The notes beneath the pieces were generated by a model. The model saw only the letters and a list, made by a program, of their open reading frames with translations. It had not been told where the DNA came from and made no database searches. This document shows, piece after piece, positions 40,054 to 49,069 of a DNA stretch of 55,544 nt. The translations under genes and the position numbers were made by a program. The stretch spans positions 1-55,544 of the forward strand of contig JAHFKT010000003.1 in the NCBI GenBank assembly GCA_023245235.1. The letters run 5' to 3'. Source of the stretch: Candidatus Yanofskybacteria bacterium. Lineage in GTDB: Bacteria; Patescibacteriota; Minisyncoccia; 2-02-FULL-40-12; GWA2-44-9. Position 1 is the stretch's first letter. The number at the start of each line of letters is the position of its first letter.

Positions 40054-40455
40054 ATGTTGCTTAATTGGTTCAAAAAAAATTCTGTTCTCGCCGCTCGGAT
40101 CGCCCTCTTTATTATTTACTTCTGGTTCGGCTTTTTGAAGGTGATCGGCTTCAGTCCGGCCGGTCCGCTTGTAGGGGCATTATTTGACCGCACTATTTCA
40201 TTTGTCCCGTTTCAGATGTTTTACATCAGTTTTGCCATATTTGAGTGCCTCATCGGTATTCTGTTCTTATTTCCTAAATTAACCAGAGTTGCCCTCGTAT
40301 TATTTTTCCTTCATATGATCACCGCATTCCTGCCCCTGATTTGTTTACCGGACATGATCTGGCAAACAATACTCATACCAACGCTCGAGGGCCAATACAT
40401 TATCAAGAATATTGCCCTCATCGCACTTGCAATGGAAATCGGGGGGTCGATATAA
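40054..40455 (+). CDS. Small four-TM membrane protein (unknown function)
   Basis: 133 aa and strongly hydrophobic (IALFIIYFWFGFLKVIGF...). Confidence 0.55.
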   Translation: MLLNWFKKNSVLAARIALFIIYFWFGFLKVIGFSPAGPLVGALFDRTISFVPFQMFYISFAIFECLIGILFLFPKLTRVALVLFFLHMITAFLPLICLPDMIWQTILIPTLEGQYIIKNIALIALAMEIGGSI

Positions 40456-40463
40456 TCTCGTCC

Positions 40464-40553
40464 GGAGAGATGGCTGAGTGGTTGAAAGCAGCGGTTTACT
40501 AAACCGCCAAGCTCGCAAGAGCTTCGTGGGTTCGAATCCCACTCTCTCCGCCA
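40464..40553 (+). tRNA. Class II Ser-type tRNA with anticodon ACT (unusual A34); CCA encoded
   Basis: Acceptor GGAGAGA/TCTCTCC, discriminator G plus CCA. Anticodon stem GCGGT/ACCGC with loop TTACTAA. Variable arm AGCTC-GCAA-GAGCT. T-arm GTGGG-TTCGAAT-CCCAC. Confidence 0.8.
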
Positions 40554-40555
40554 AT

Positions 40556-40846
40556 ATGAACTCACTGCTGAAAAAACCCAGCGCCTGGTTTCCAATAGCG
40601 GTTTCACTTGCCATTCTGGCGGTAATGCTCATCGGCATTGCAATGTCCGGTGTCCCCGCCCATCAGGCCGATGAAGGAACGGGCGCACATATCTTTCAGA
40701 TCTGGTTGGTTTTGGAAATACTGATGATGGCATTCTTCGCGATCAGGTGGGTGCCGCAGGCACCAAAGCAGGCGCTTACGGTTCTGACGATTCAAATTGT
40801 TGCCGTGCTTGCGGCATGCGCCCCCGTTTTCTTTCTCAAGCTTTAG
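40556..40846 (+). CDS. Small membrane protein (unknown function)
   Basis: The ATG at 40556 is 2 nt after the tRNA CCA, and the longer ORF would run through the tRNA. 96 aa with three hydrophobic helices. Confidence 0.5.
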   Translation: MNSLLKKPSAWFPIAVSLAILAVMLIGIAMSGVPAHQADEGTGAHIFQIWLVLEILMMAFFAIRWVPQAPKQALTVLTIQIVAVLAACAPVFFLKL

Positions 40847-40936
40847 CATCACCACCGATAAGCATCAAAAAAGTCACCCGGCGGGGGCTTTTTTCTTTGA
40901 CCTAGGCCCCCCTTCGTGGTAAAATGATAAGCACAA

Positions 40937-42466
40937 ATGGCCAACAATAGTCCACAACAAGGCGTAGGAATCCGACCCCCGATCGTTGTCGTTCTCGGGC
41001 ATGTTGACCATGGCAAGACATCGCTGCTGGATGTTATCCGGAAGTCGAATGTTGCGGGCGGGGAATCGGGCGGCATCACCCAGCACATCGGCGCCTATCA
41101 GGTGGTCAGTAATGGCAAGATGATCACCTTTCTTGATACGCCCGGCCACGAAGCATTTTCGGCTATCCGTTCCCGGGGCGCCAAGGTAGCCGATGTGGCC
41201 ATCCTCGTTGTTGCGGCCGATGAAAGCGTCAAGCCCCAGACCGCCGAGGCGATCAAGATAATTAAAGAAGCCGGCATCCCATTTGTCGTCGCGCTCAACA
41301 AGATCGATAAACCCGGAGCAAATGTCCAGAAGGTAAAGCAGGACCTCGCCGGCAATGACGTGCTGGTCGAGGATTGGGGCGGTACGGTGCCGGTTATTGA
41401 AGTATCCGCCAAAGAAAAACGCAATATTCCCGAACTTCTGGACATGGTCCTTCTTGTAGCAGAGTTGGAAGACCTTAAAGAAGACCTCTCGTTGCCCGCC
41501 GAAGGTATCATCATTGAATCGAATCTGGATAAACAACGGGGTTACGTGGCGACAGCGTTGGTCCAGAAGGGCATTCTGTCCGTCGGTGACTGGATTATCG
41601 CCGGTACGACCGTCGGAAAGGTAAAGTCCATGGAGGATTTCACCGGCACGGCGCTGACAGCGGCCCGTCCTTCTCAGCCGGTTCTCATAACGGGATGGAC
41701 GAACGGACCGGAGATCGGCCGGGAATTCAGGACCGCCCACTCAAAAGATGAGGCCCAGAACATTGCTAACGAGAACGTAGACCTTACTCCCCTCTTCTCG
41801 TTCTTGAGGACGAGCCAGACGGAGCTCGATCCCAATAAAAAATATCTCAAGCTTATCATCAAGACTGATGTGTCGAGCTCGCTTGAAGCGATTGACGTTG
41901 CCCTGAAGCAGATCAAGTCGGACGAGGTTGGTTATACGGTCATCAGTTATGACATCGGAGCCGTTTCCGAAGCCGATGTGAAGACGGCTATTGCCGGTGG
42001 CGGACATGTTATCGGGTTCCGCGTTCCGGTGGAGACATCGGCCCGAAAGCTGGCCGAGAAAGAACACGTCGGCCTGGCGACATTTGACGTCATTTACGAA
42101 CTGATCGAATACATCAGAAAAGAAATGGGCAGCCTGTTGTCGCTGGAGGTCCGGAACATTCCTCTCGGCAAGATCAAGGTATTGGCCACATTCAAGAAAG
42201 ACGCGAGGGCTCAGGTTGTAGGCGGGCGCGTCACTTCGGGCAAGGTCGTTCGCGGTGCTTTTTGTGATGTCACCCGCGACGGCAAGTCCGTCATGATCGC
42301 AAAGATCGGACAGGTTCAGCAGAGTAAAGAAGATGTGCCTGAAGTGAATGAGGGATTTGAAACCGGTGTCCGGGTGGATATACTTGATCCCAAGACCGCC
42401 GTAGATATAAAAGTCGGTGATATACTGGAGATATATCAGGAAGAACGGATTTCAAGGAGCTTGTAA
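40937..42466 (+). CDS. infB: Translation initiation factor IF-2 (short form starting at the G domain)
   Basis: 509 aa. [12 protein letters not shown] (G1), DTPGH (G3), NKID (G4). Only about 13 residues precede the G domain. Confidence 0.95.
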   Translation: MANNSPQQGVGIRPPIVVVLGHVDHGKTSLLDVIRKSNVAGGESGGITQHIGAYQVVSNGKMITFLDTPGHEAFSAIRSRGAKVADVAILVVAADESVKPQTAEAIKIIKEAGIPFVVALNKIDKPGANVQKVKQDLAGNDVLVEDWGGTVPVIEVSAKEKRNIPELLDMVLLVAELEDLKEDLSLPAEGIIIESNLDKQRGYVATALVQKGILSVGDWIIAGTTVGKVKSMEDFTGTALTAARPSQPVLITGWTNGPEIGREFRTAHSKDEAQNIANENVDLTPLFSFLRTSQTELDPNKKYLKLIIKTDVSSSLEAIDVALKQIKSDEVGYTVISYDIGAVSEADVKTAIAGGGHVIGFRVPVETSARKLAEKEHVGLATFDVIYELIEYIRKEMGSLLSLEVRNIPLGKIKVLATFKKDARAQVVGGRVTSGKVVRGAFCDVTRDGKSVMIAKIGQVQQSKEDVPEVNEGFETGVRVDILDPKTAVDIKVGDILEIYQEERISRSL

Positions 42467-42532
42467 GGGTCGGCTTCGAGTTCGTCCGGAAATCGTCGGA
42501 CAAACCTTTTTGAAAGGTTTGTCCCAAAGAAG

Positions 42533-42607
42533 GGCCAGGTAGCCAAGTGGTAAGGCGGAGGTCTGCAAAACCTCTATTCAGGGGTTCGATTCCCCTCCTG
42601 GCCTCCA
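42533..42607 (+). tRNA. tRNA-Cys (anticodon GCA), CCA encoded
   Basis: Acceptor GGCCAGG/CCTGGCC, discriminator U73, anticodon loop CTGCAAA, T-arm AGGGG-TTCGATT-CCCCT. Confidence 0.9.
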
Positions 42608-42627
42608 GTTCACGGCAAGCAAATTTT

Positions 42628-43635
42628 ATGAACTATAAAAGAGTTCTTGTTACCGGCGGCTGCGGATTCATCGGCAGCCATTTCATAAAGTATCTCCTGA
42701 AGAAATATAAGAATATCAGCGTTGTTAACGTCGATATTCTTAACTATGCCGCCAATCCGGAGAATGTGCGTGAAGCGGCAAGGGACAAGAGGTATCGCTT
42801 TTATAAAGCCGACATATCCGATTACGGGACGATGGCGGCTATCATGAAAAAGCACCGGATCTAAGCCGTAGTTAATTTTGCCGCGGAGTCCAATAATAAT
42901 AAAGCGGTCGTCTCGCCGCTCGATTTTGCCAGGACCAATGCTTTGGGGGTAGCCGTTCTCCTTGAGGCGGCCCGGCAGAACAAGGTAGAACGTTTCCACC
43001 ACATCTCAACATGCGAGGTCTACGGCCAGTTGCCGCTGCGCAGCAGGGCGGCATTCAAGGAGACCTCTCCCCTGCGGCCCAGGACGCCGTACAATGCTTC
43101 AAAAGCAGCCGCGGAACATATCGTTCACGGCTACTACCACACATTCGGGATGCCGGTGACCATCAGCAACTGCGGCAATAATTACGGCAGTCATCAATTC
43201 CCCGAGAACATCATTCCGGTATTTACGATCAAAGCACTTCTCAATCAGCCCTTGCCGCTGTTTGCATCGAAACATAATAAGCGGGAATGGATCCATGTTT
43301 CGGATCACTGCCGGGCCATCGACGCCATTTTAACCCGGGGCAGGATCGGAGAGTCTTACAATGTCGGCAGCGGTCTTGAGCGCAGCGTTGTCCAGATAGC
43401 CGACAGCATCCTCGATATATTGAATAAACCGCACAGTTTAAAGAAAATAGTTCCTGACCGGGCCGGCCATGATACCCGGTATCTCTTGGACTCGAGCAAG
43501 ATAAAAAAGGAGCTCGGCTGGAAGCCGAAAACGGACTGGGACCGGGGACTTAAAGAGACGGTCCTGTGGTATGCCGATAATCCCGGGTGGTGGAAGCCCT
43601 TGTTGAAAAAATCCCACGCATGGCATAGAACATAA
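42628..43635 (+). pseudogene. rfbB: dTDP-glucose 4,6-dehydratase-like extended SDR interrupted by a single in-frame TAA (42862-42864)
   Basis: The same frame is open on both sides of the stop: ...MAAIMKKHRI-TAA-AVVNFAAES...LLEAAR...ISTCEVYG...YNASKAAAEH. GGCGFIGSH Rossmann motif at the N-terminus. The track splits it into 42547-42864 and 42943-43635. Confidence 0.8.
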
Positions 43636-43637
43636 GC

Positions 43638-44342
43638 ATGAAAGGAATCATTCTGGCCGGCGGTACCGGCAGCCGTCTGCGCCCGCTTACCCAAATAACT
43701 AATAAGCACCTCATCCCGGTCTATGACCGGCCGATGATCTCGTATCCCCTCCAGACCCTGATCAAGGGCGGCATTACCGAGATCCTTATCGTCTCGGGCC
43801 GTGAGCATGCCGGCCATTTCATAGAGTTCCTTGGTTCGGGCAAGGATCATGGCGTAAAGCTGACCTATAGGGTCCAGGATGAAGCCGGCGGTATTGCCCA
43901 GGCATTACTGTTGGCCGAAGACTTTGCGGACAGGAGACCGGTCACGGTGATCCTGGGGGACAATATCTTTGAAGACAACTTCAAGCGGGCCGTCAGTTCG
44001 TTTCGAAAGGGCGCCCGCGTATTCTTGAAAAAGGTTCCGGACCCTCAACGGTTCGGCGTGCCCGAACTCAAGGGCAGGACAATCACAAAGATCATAGAAA
44101 AACCGGACAAGCCGCCGACCCAATACGCGGTGACCGGTCTGTATCAGTACGACGCCGAGGTGTTCAGGATCATCAGAAAACTGAAACCTTCAGCCCGCGG
44201 TGAGCTTGAAATAACCGACGTCAATAACGCGTATGTCCGGCGCGGTAAGCTCCAGGCGGAATTCGTGCGTGGATTCTGGTCTGATGCGGGCACGTTCGAT
44301 TCTCTGGCCCGGACCACTCAATGGGCTATCAAGCGTAAGTAA
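43638..44342 (+). CDS. rfbA: Glucose-1-phosphate thymidylyltransferase-like sugar nucleotidyltransferase (short form)
   Basis: 234 aa. MKGIILAGGTGSRLRPLT signature and LGDNIF motif. Confidence 0.8.
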   Translation: MKGIILAGGTGSRLRPLTQITNKHLIPVYDRPMISYPLQTLIKGGITEILIVSGREHAGHFIEFLGSGKDHGVKLTYRVQDEAGGIAQALLLAEDFADRRPVTVILGDNIFEDNFKRAVSSFRKGARVFLKKVPDPQRFGVPELKGRTITKIIEKPDKPPTQYAVTGLYQYDAEVFRIIRKLKPSARGELEITDVNNAYVRRGKLQAEFVRGFWSDAGTFDSLARTTQWAIKRK

Positions 44343-44348
44343 AATCTC

Positions 44349-44377
44349 TTGAGAAAAGCCTCTCATTAAGCTATAAT
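44349..44377 (+). promoter_or_regulatory. Sigma70-like promoter of the tRNA-Leu/tRNA-Arg pair
   Basis: TTGAGA (44349-44354), 17 nt spacer, TATAAT (44372-44377), 11 nt before the tRNA 5' end. Confidence 0.5.
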
Positions 44378-44388
44378 CGAGCAATAAA

Positions 44389-44472
44389 GCCCGGGTGGTG
44401 GAATGGTATACACGCACGACTTAAAATCGTGTGCCGCAAGGCATGTGGGTCCGAGTCCCACCCCGGGCACCA
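44389..44472 (+). tRNA. tRNA-Leu (anticodon TAA), CCA encoded
   Basis: Acceptor GCCCGGG/CCCGGGC, discriminator A, anticodon loop CTTAAAA, long variable arm, T-arm GTGGG-TCCGAGT-CCCAC. Confidence 0.9.
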
Positions 44473-44482
44473 GTGATAATTT

Positions 44483-44557
44483 GCCCTCATCGTTCAACGG
44501 ATAGGACATAGCCCTCCGAAGGCTGAAATGCAGGTTCGATTCCTGCTGAGGGCACCA
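44483..44557 (+). tRNA. tRNA-Arg (anticodon CCG), CCA encoded
   Basis: Acceptor GCCCTCA/TGAGGGC, discriminator A, anticodon loop CTCCGAA, T-arm GCAGG-TTCGATT-CCTGC. Confidence 0.9.
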
Positions 44558-44597
44558 GAAATTAAAGCACCGACCCTTGGTCGGTGCTTTAATTTCT
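44557..44597. terminator. Bidirectional terminator hairpin
   Basis: Perfect 18-bp stem AGAAATTAAAGCACCGAC / GTCGGTGCTTTAATTTCT between the tRNA pair (+) and the response regulator (-). Confidence 0.75.
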
Positions 44598-44620
44598 GAC
44601 TCTTGGGAATCGAACCCGAT

Positions 44621-45019
44621 TTATACCTTTCCCGCGAGGCGTTCTTTTATTTTCTCCACTACGCCGCTTAAATTCCAATCGGACTTCACCAAATAATATG
44701 CAGGCTCGTTTTTTATAACAGCCTTCATGACCTCATCCTCGCTTGCGGACAAGTTGGTCAGAAGTATTATCGGGACATTTTTTCCGTACAGATCTTTTTG
44801 ACGCAACTGGTCCATCATCGTCAATCCATCCATCACCGGCATCAGAATATCGAGCAAAATGAGATCCGGTTTCTCACGAAGCGCAAGCTCCAGGCCGATC
44901 TGGCCGTTTTTTGCCGTAAGGACCGCAAAGCCCTCGTCCCGTAATTCATCCGCGTATGCTTTACAAATTACTTCTTCGTCCTCAACGATCAAAATTTTTA
45001 TCTTTTTATCTTCGGCCAT
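44621..45019 (-). CDS. Stand-alone response-regulator receiver (CheY-like, no output domain)
   Basis: 132 aa. ILIVEDEE, phospho-acceptor LILLDILMP, conserved T and K region (ILLTNLS...K). Confidence 0.85.
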   Translation of the reverse strand: MAEDKKIKILIVEDEEVICKAYADELRDEGFAVLTAKNGQIGLELALREKPDLILLDILMPVMDGLTMMDQLRQKDLYGKNVPIILLTNLSASEDEVMKAVIKNEPAYYLVKSDWNLSGVVEKIKERLAGKV

Positions 45020-45024
45020 AGTGC

Positions 45025-46725
45025 TTATATCATAGCATGTTCTTTTGCCTTCATTCCAGTCATCGGAATGGCTACGTAGAATGTACTTCCTTTATTTACC
45101 TCCGAAGTGAACCATATTGAGCCCCCGGAATTATCAAGTATAGATTTAACAATGTAAAGGCCGAGGCCAGTACCGTCCGAGTGCTTCTCCCTCGCGTTGT
45201 CTGCTCTGAAGAATTTGGTAAACAGCCTATCCTGCTGCTGTTTCGGGATTCCGCAGCCCGTGTCGGAGATAATAACTACAAAGGAACTATCTTCCAGGAA
45301 TTTCTCACCGAGAGCTTCTTTTTTATCCACCTTCCGGCATTCAACACGTATCGTGCCGCCATCGTCAGTGTAGTTCATCGCATTCATAACCAGATTACTT
45401 ATGACCATACGGAACAGCGGTTCATCTATCGACACCACGGTATTCCCTTCAGGGTATACTTCTTCAAGCTTCAACCGCTTTTTGTCAAAGGCGGATTGCA
45501 GCTCATAAAGAACACCATGCACAACAGTGCAGATATTTTTTTCACCGGACTGAACAATAAATGCCCCCATTTCAATGCGCGATACATCCAATAGAGCACT
45601 TACAAGCTCTATGGAGCGTTGATTTTCAGAGCGTATATCATTCAGGTATTCTTTTTGCTTTTCCGTCAGTTCGCCGGTTTTACCGGAGAGCATTCTTTCC
45701 GTGAGCAGCTTAATGGCGGTCGGCGGGGTTTTGAGCTGATGTGAAGCAAGTGACACGAACTCACTTTTTGCTTTATCGATCTCTTTTTCGTGGGTGATGT
45801 CGCGAATGACCGTCATGGCGCCGATTATCTTTCCATCAAGAATAACCGGAGTTACCGTCATCGCCACGGGAAACTTTGTTTTATCTTGCCGCACATAATA
45901 GTAGGCCGGCTCCGCAGTAGTATGGGCCGTAGTCGTAGTAGTAGTGCCGCTCGTCAAAGCCATGCTTTCAGGGCGTTTTTCCAGCGGGACAGTTTCCCCC
46001 TTCTCGTTCTCTATAAGAATGACGTCAAAAAAATTTTTCCCCACAACTTCCTTACTTTTCTGGCCAAGCAGCTTCTCGGCCGTTTTGTTCATAAGCGTAA
46101 TGTGCCCCCCTTCATCAGTGGCAAAGATCCCGTCACCAACTGAAAGCAAAATCGCCTCCTCTTTTACTCTGGCCAGCCCCACTTTTGCTTTTTCAACATT
46201 GAAGTCCTCAAGGACATTCCGGGCAGCCCTCAGAGCATCTTTCAGGTCCTTCTCCGCTCGTTTTTGGTCGGTAATATTGTGAAATACGGCCACAAAGAAC
46301 TTCTTTCTCGGACTATAGACCGAAACCAAAAACCATCTTAAGAGCGGCTCGACGTACGTTTCAAAAGTTTCCGGATTGCCGGTCAAAGAAACCCTGCCGT
46401 AGATCTCAAGCAATTCCGGATTAGACGTGCTGACCCCCGGTATAACTTCAGTAACCTGCTTTCCTATGACATTTTTTAATCCCGTCAACGATTCGAAGTT
46501 ATTGCTGACCTCTATATAAATAAAATCGACCGGCTTTCCTTGCGCGTCAAAAATCATCTGGCAGTAAGCCAGCCCATCAAGCATGTTATTGAAAAGTGAC
46601 TCGTAAAAGGTGTTGCGGGTCCTAAGAGGTGGGAGCTTCATTTTTATCGGCCGTTTTTGGACTAATTTCTTTAAGTTCGCGAGCTCTTTTTTGAGTTCTG
46701 CCATGGATTCATTATAAAATATCAT
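45025..46725 (-). CDS. Cytoplasmic PAS-PAS sensor histidine kinase
   Basis: I chose the start at 46725 because the 126-aa upstream extension is antisense to the M23 gene. H-box EFVSLASHQLKTP, HATPase_c motifs DTGCGIP and GTGLGLYIV. No TM segment. Confidence 0.8.
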   Translation of the reverse strand: MIFYNESMAELKKELANLKKLVQKRPIKMKLPPLRTRNTFYESLFNNMLDGLAYCQMIFDAQGKPVDFIYIEVSNNFESLTGLKNVIGKQVTEVIPGVSTSNPELLEIYGRVSLTGNPETFETYVEPLLRWFLVSVYSPRKKFFVAVFHNITDQKRAEKDLKDALRAARNVLEDFNVEKAKVGLARVKEEAILLSVGDGIFATDEGGHITLMNKTAEKLLGQKSKEVVGKNFFDVILIENEKGETVPLEKRPESMALTSGTTTTTTAHTTAEPAYYYVRQDKTKFPVAMTVTPVILDGKIIGAMTVIRDITHEKEIDKAKSEFVSLASHQLKTPPTAIKLLTERMLSGKTGELTEKQKEYLNDIRSENQRSIELVSALLDVSRIEMGAFIVQSGEKNICTVVHGVLYELQSAFDKKRLKLEEVYPEGNTVVSIDEPLFRMVISNLVMNAMNYTDDGGTIRVECRKVDKKEALGEKFLEDSSFVVIISDTGCGIPKQQQDRLFTKFFRADNAREKHSDGTGLGLYIVKSILDNSGGSIWFTSEVNKGSTFYVAIPMTGMKAKEHAMI

Positions 46726-46767
46726 ATCATAATACTCTATGCCGCGCGTCCACCCGATATCACCGCA

Positions 46768-47613
46768 TTGAAAAACCGCCGGAAACGGTTTTTCAATCTC
46801 ATCGCAAAGTGGTATAACAAGCCCAACTGTAATCGCACTTTGAAAACACTTCTCCTGGCCTTGGCATTGGGCTCGCAGCTTGGTGCGGTCCCGCTCTCCG
46901 TATCGCAGGGCGGCCTGGTCGTTTTGCAGCGGAACGGCAATGAAGAGTCCGTCCGGGTATTCGATCGGACCTACTACTTCGATAATCATGGCCGGGCCTA
47001 TATCGGCATTGATGTCGGGCAAGAGCCTGGAAGTTATCTGGTCGACGGCTATCAGATCGATGTAATGGCCGGGGAATTTCCTATCGAACGCTGGCGGATG
47101 CATCCATACGCGCCGCCTTCGAAGAAGCGCCAGGTCGAGATTGCGCTGTTCCGACAGACATTCCAGTCACCGGTGAATCTTCGGACGGATCTTATGCATG
47201 GCAGCCCCTTCGTTTCGCCACTCGCTGTCCCTATCGGCCTGCTGCAGTTGACGGAGCAGTTCGCTCCGATCCACAGAGGTATCGATATACAGACGAAAGA
47301 ATTCCGTCTTGACCGGGGTCTTCGACCGGTTCGGGCCGTCAATAATGGCGTTGTCGCATTGAAGGGAAGGTTCAGCCTTGAGGGCAATATGGTCATCGTT
47401 GATCATGGCATGGGCATTTTCTCTGTTTACATGCACCTTTCGAAGATACTCGTTGTCCAAGGTCAAACAATCAGCGCCAATCAGCAGATAGGTATTGCCG
47501 GCGCGACCGGCCGGGTAACCGGACCGCACTTGCATTTCGCGATGAACATCCAGGATGTTTACGTTGATCCGGTCAATTTCATCAAAGAAGCCAACAGGTA
47601 TTCGGGCTGGTAA
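46768..47613 (+). CDS. M23-family metallopeptidase
   Basis: HRGIDI, GNMVIVDHGMGIFSVYMHLS and TGRVTGPHLHF motifs. The start is uncertain: TTG at 46768, or TTG at 46840 giving the signal peptide MKTLLLALALGSQLGA. Confidence 0.8.
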   Translation: MKNRRKRFFNLIAKWYNKPNCNRTLKTLLLALALGSQLGAVPLSVSQGGLVVLQRNGNEESVRVFDRTYYFDNHGRAYIGIDVGQEPGSYLVDGYQIDVMAGEFPIERWRMHPYAPPSKKRQVEIALFRQTFQSPVNLRTDLMHGSPFVSPLAVPIGLLQLTEQFAPIHRGIDIQTKEFRLDRGLRPVRAVNNGVVALKGRFSLEGNMVIVDHGMGIFSVYMHLSKILVVQGQTISANQQIGIAGATGRVTGPHLHFAMNIQDVYVDPVNFIKEANRYSGW

Positions 47614-47628
47614 TCCAGCCCTTTTTTT
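47604..47628 (+). terminator. Intrinsic terminator after the M23 gene
   Basis: Stem GGGCTGG / CCAGCCC, loop TAAT (contains the stop codon), then TTTTTTT. Confidence 0.7.
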
Positions 47629-47656
47629 GTATCATTGATGACGCCATAAGAAGGCC

Positions 47657-48040
47657 TTGAAACAAGTTACTCACGTTATCAGGCGATACCAGTGCGAGGT
47701 TTGCCGTACTGAATATACCCGCGCCGAGCAGGCCAAGAGATGCGAAGAAGGCGGTGTCGAACCGGTTCTTTTCAAAAAAGGCGCCCGCGTCAAAATCAAA
47801 ACCATGATGTTTTGCGGCCACAGCATTGGAACCTTCAACAAAAAGAAGCTGGGGATCGTCGGTCATATCACAGCTGTTAGCCGGCTCATCCCCGCTGATG
47901 ACGATTCTATAAATAAAAGACTTTCGGGATCCAATTCAACCTGGTACGGTCACAGGAGATACTATACCGTCTCATTCCCATGCCCGTGCAAAAAGTTCAG
48001 ACAGGCACAGTTTCTTGGGCCGGAGATAAAAAGAGCCTAA
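47657..48040 (+). CDS. Hypothetical protein with an N-terminal CxxC motif
   Basis: 127 aa. TTG start preceded by AGAAGG. YQCEVCRTEYTRAEQAKRCE. Has its own downstream terminator. Preferred over the antisense ORF 47582-47866. Confidence 0.5.
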   Translation: MKQVTHVIRRYQCEVCRTEYTRAEQAKRCEEGGVEPVLFKKGARVKIKTMMFCGHSIGTFNKKKLGIVGHITAVSRLIPADDDSINKRLSGSNSTWYGHRRYYTVSFPCPCKKFRQAQFLGPEIKRA

Positions 48041-48044
48041 CCCG

Positions 48045-48065
48045 CCGCGCAGATGCGCGGTTTTT
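48045..48065 (+). terminator. Intrinsic terminator
   Basis: Stem CCGCGC / GCGCGG, loop AGAT, then TTTTT. Confidence 0.7.
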
Positions 48066-48975
48066 ACTTTTTATCGTGGAACTTTTTATGTACTTCCCGG
48101 AGCTGGGTGTCGGTGACGTGCGTGTATATCTGAGTGGTGGTGACCGATGAATGGCCGAGCATGGCCTGGACCGAACGGATATCGGCGCCGTTACGCAAGA
48201 GGTCGGTGGCGTAGCTGTGGCGCAAGGTATGCGGGCTCACCTGCTTGCCCATAATGCCGGCCTTAACGGCGTACTTTCTGACCATTCTCTGGACCGAGCG
48301 CGGCGTCAGGCGGAGGTCTGATTCTTTGGAAAAGTTCTTGTTCTTGGGAATTCTGATAAAGAGAGCCTCATCAACATCGCTTCGCTGGGCAAGATATCGC
48401 GCGATATGCTCCCTGGCGTCATCAGAGAGAAATACCAACCGGATCTTTCGTCCCTTTCCCAATACCGAAAGCTCTCCACGCTTCAGGTCAATCTTATTAC
48501 GGTCCATTGAACAGAGCTCTGATACGCGCATTCCGGTCGAGAAGAGCATCTGGAGCATCGCCCGGTCCCGCAGAGCGTCCAGCCCGGTGCCTTCGGGCGC
48601 TTCCAGGAGCCGGTCCAATTCATTTCGCTCCAGGAACGTCACGTGCCGGTCCTCTTGTTTTCCAAGCTCGACCTTTTCGGCCGAGACCGTTCGTACTCCC
48701 CTCTTGGCGAGGTACTTCAGGAAACTCCGGAGGGCGATAATATGATAATTCTGCGTAACTTTTTTCAAGGACTGGCCATCCGTGTCCGTGAGCCGGTTCA
48801 AATATAAGCGGTACTGCCGGATGCGTTCTTCATCCAAGTCTTCGGCTTTGGCGACTTTGGCAAATCCAAGAAACCGGTCGAGATAGCGGCCATAGTTCTC
48901 GAGGGTCTTTGGCGAACGGTTCTTCTCGATCTCCAGGTGTTCGAGGTACTGGATTTTGAGCGTTTTTAAGTCCAT
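48064..48975 (-). CDS. XerC/XerD-family tyrosine recombinase
   Basis: 303 aa. N-terminal SAM-like domain (SPKTLENYGRYLDRFLGF). Catalytic region HTLRHSYATDLLRNGADIRSVQAMLGHSSVTTTQIYTHV. Confidence 0.85.
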   Translation of the reverse strand: MDLKTLKIQYLEHLEIEKNRSPKTLENYGRYLDRFLGFAKVAKAEDLDEERIRQYRLYLNRLTDTDGQSLKKVTQNYHIIALRSFLKYLAKRGVRTVSAEKVELGKQEDRHVTFLERNELDRLLEAPEGTGLDALRDRAMLQMLFSTGMRVSELCSMDRNKIDLKRGELSVLGKGRKIRLVFLSDDAREHIARYLAQRSDVDEALFIRIPKNKNFSKESDLRLTPRSVQRMVRKYAVKAGIMGKQVSPHTLRHSYATDLLRNGADIRSVQAMLGHSSVTTTQIYTHVTDTQLREVHKKFHDKK

Positions 48976-49069
48976 TAACCATATTATATCCCAAGCGTCG
49001 CAAAATGTAATTCACTATTGCCAAGCAGGTTGCTTTTTGAGATAGTCCTGCCGAGTTCATTAATGACAA

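Noticed and set aside
40464-40553. Idea that the odd Ser-type tRNA is an ochre suppressor explaining the in-frame TAA in rfbB
   Set aside because: With a standard 5-bp anticodon stem and 7-nt loop, the anticodon is ACU, not UUA. Shifting the register to UUA or CUA breaks the stem. TAA also terminates conserved genes here, for example jag.
40874-41740. 288-aa ORF on the minus strand
   Set aside because: It is entirely antisense to the well-supported infB G domain. The composition is low-complexity and Arg/Gly-rich, typical of a shadow ORF, with no recognisable motif.
42498-42524. Perfect 12-bp hairpin (GGACAAACCTTT/AAAGGTTTGTCC) after infB as a terminator
   Set aside because: The loop is only 3 nt and no U-tract follows. 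It may be a processing or stability element upstream of tRNA-Cys. I did not list it as a terminator.
46726-47103. 126-aa N-terminal extension of the histidine kinase ORF
   Set aside because: It is antisense to the N-terminal part of the M23 peptidase gene. The kinase's first PAS domain begins after the internal Met at 46725.
48064-48975. Tyrosine recombinase as a marker of a prophage or integrative element
   Set aside because: It has the XerC/XerD-type N-terminal domain and catalytic region. It is flanked by housekeeping genes (rpsO nearby) with no phage, transposase or att features that I could see. A chromosomal Xer is more likely, though I could not identify a dif site by eye.
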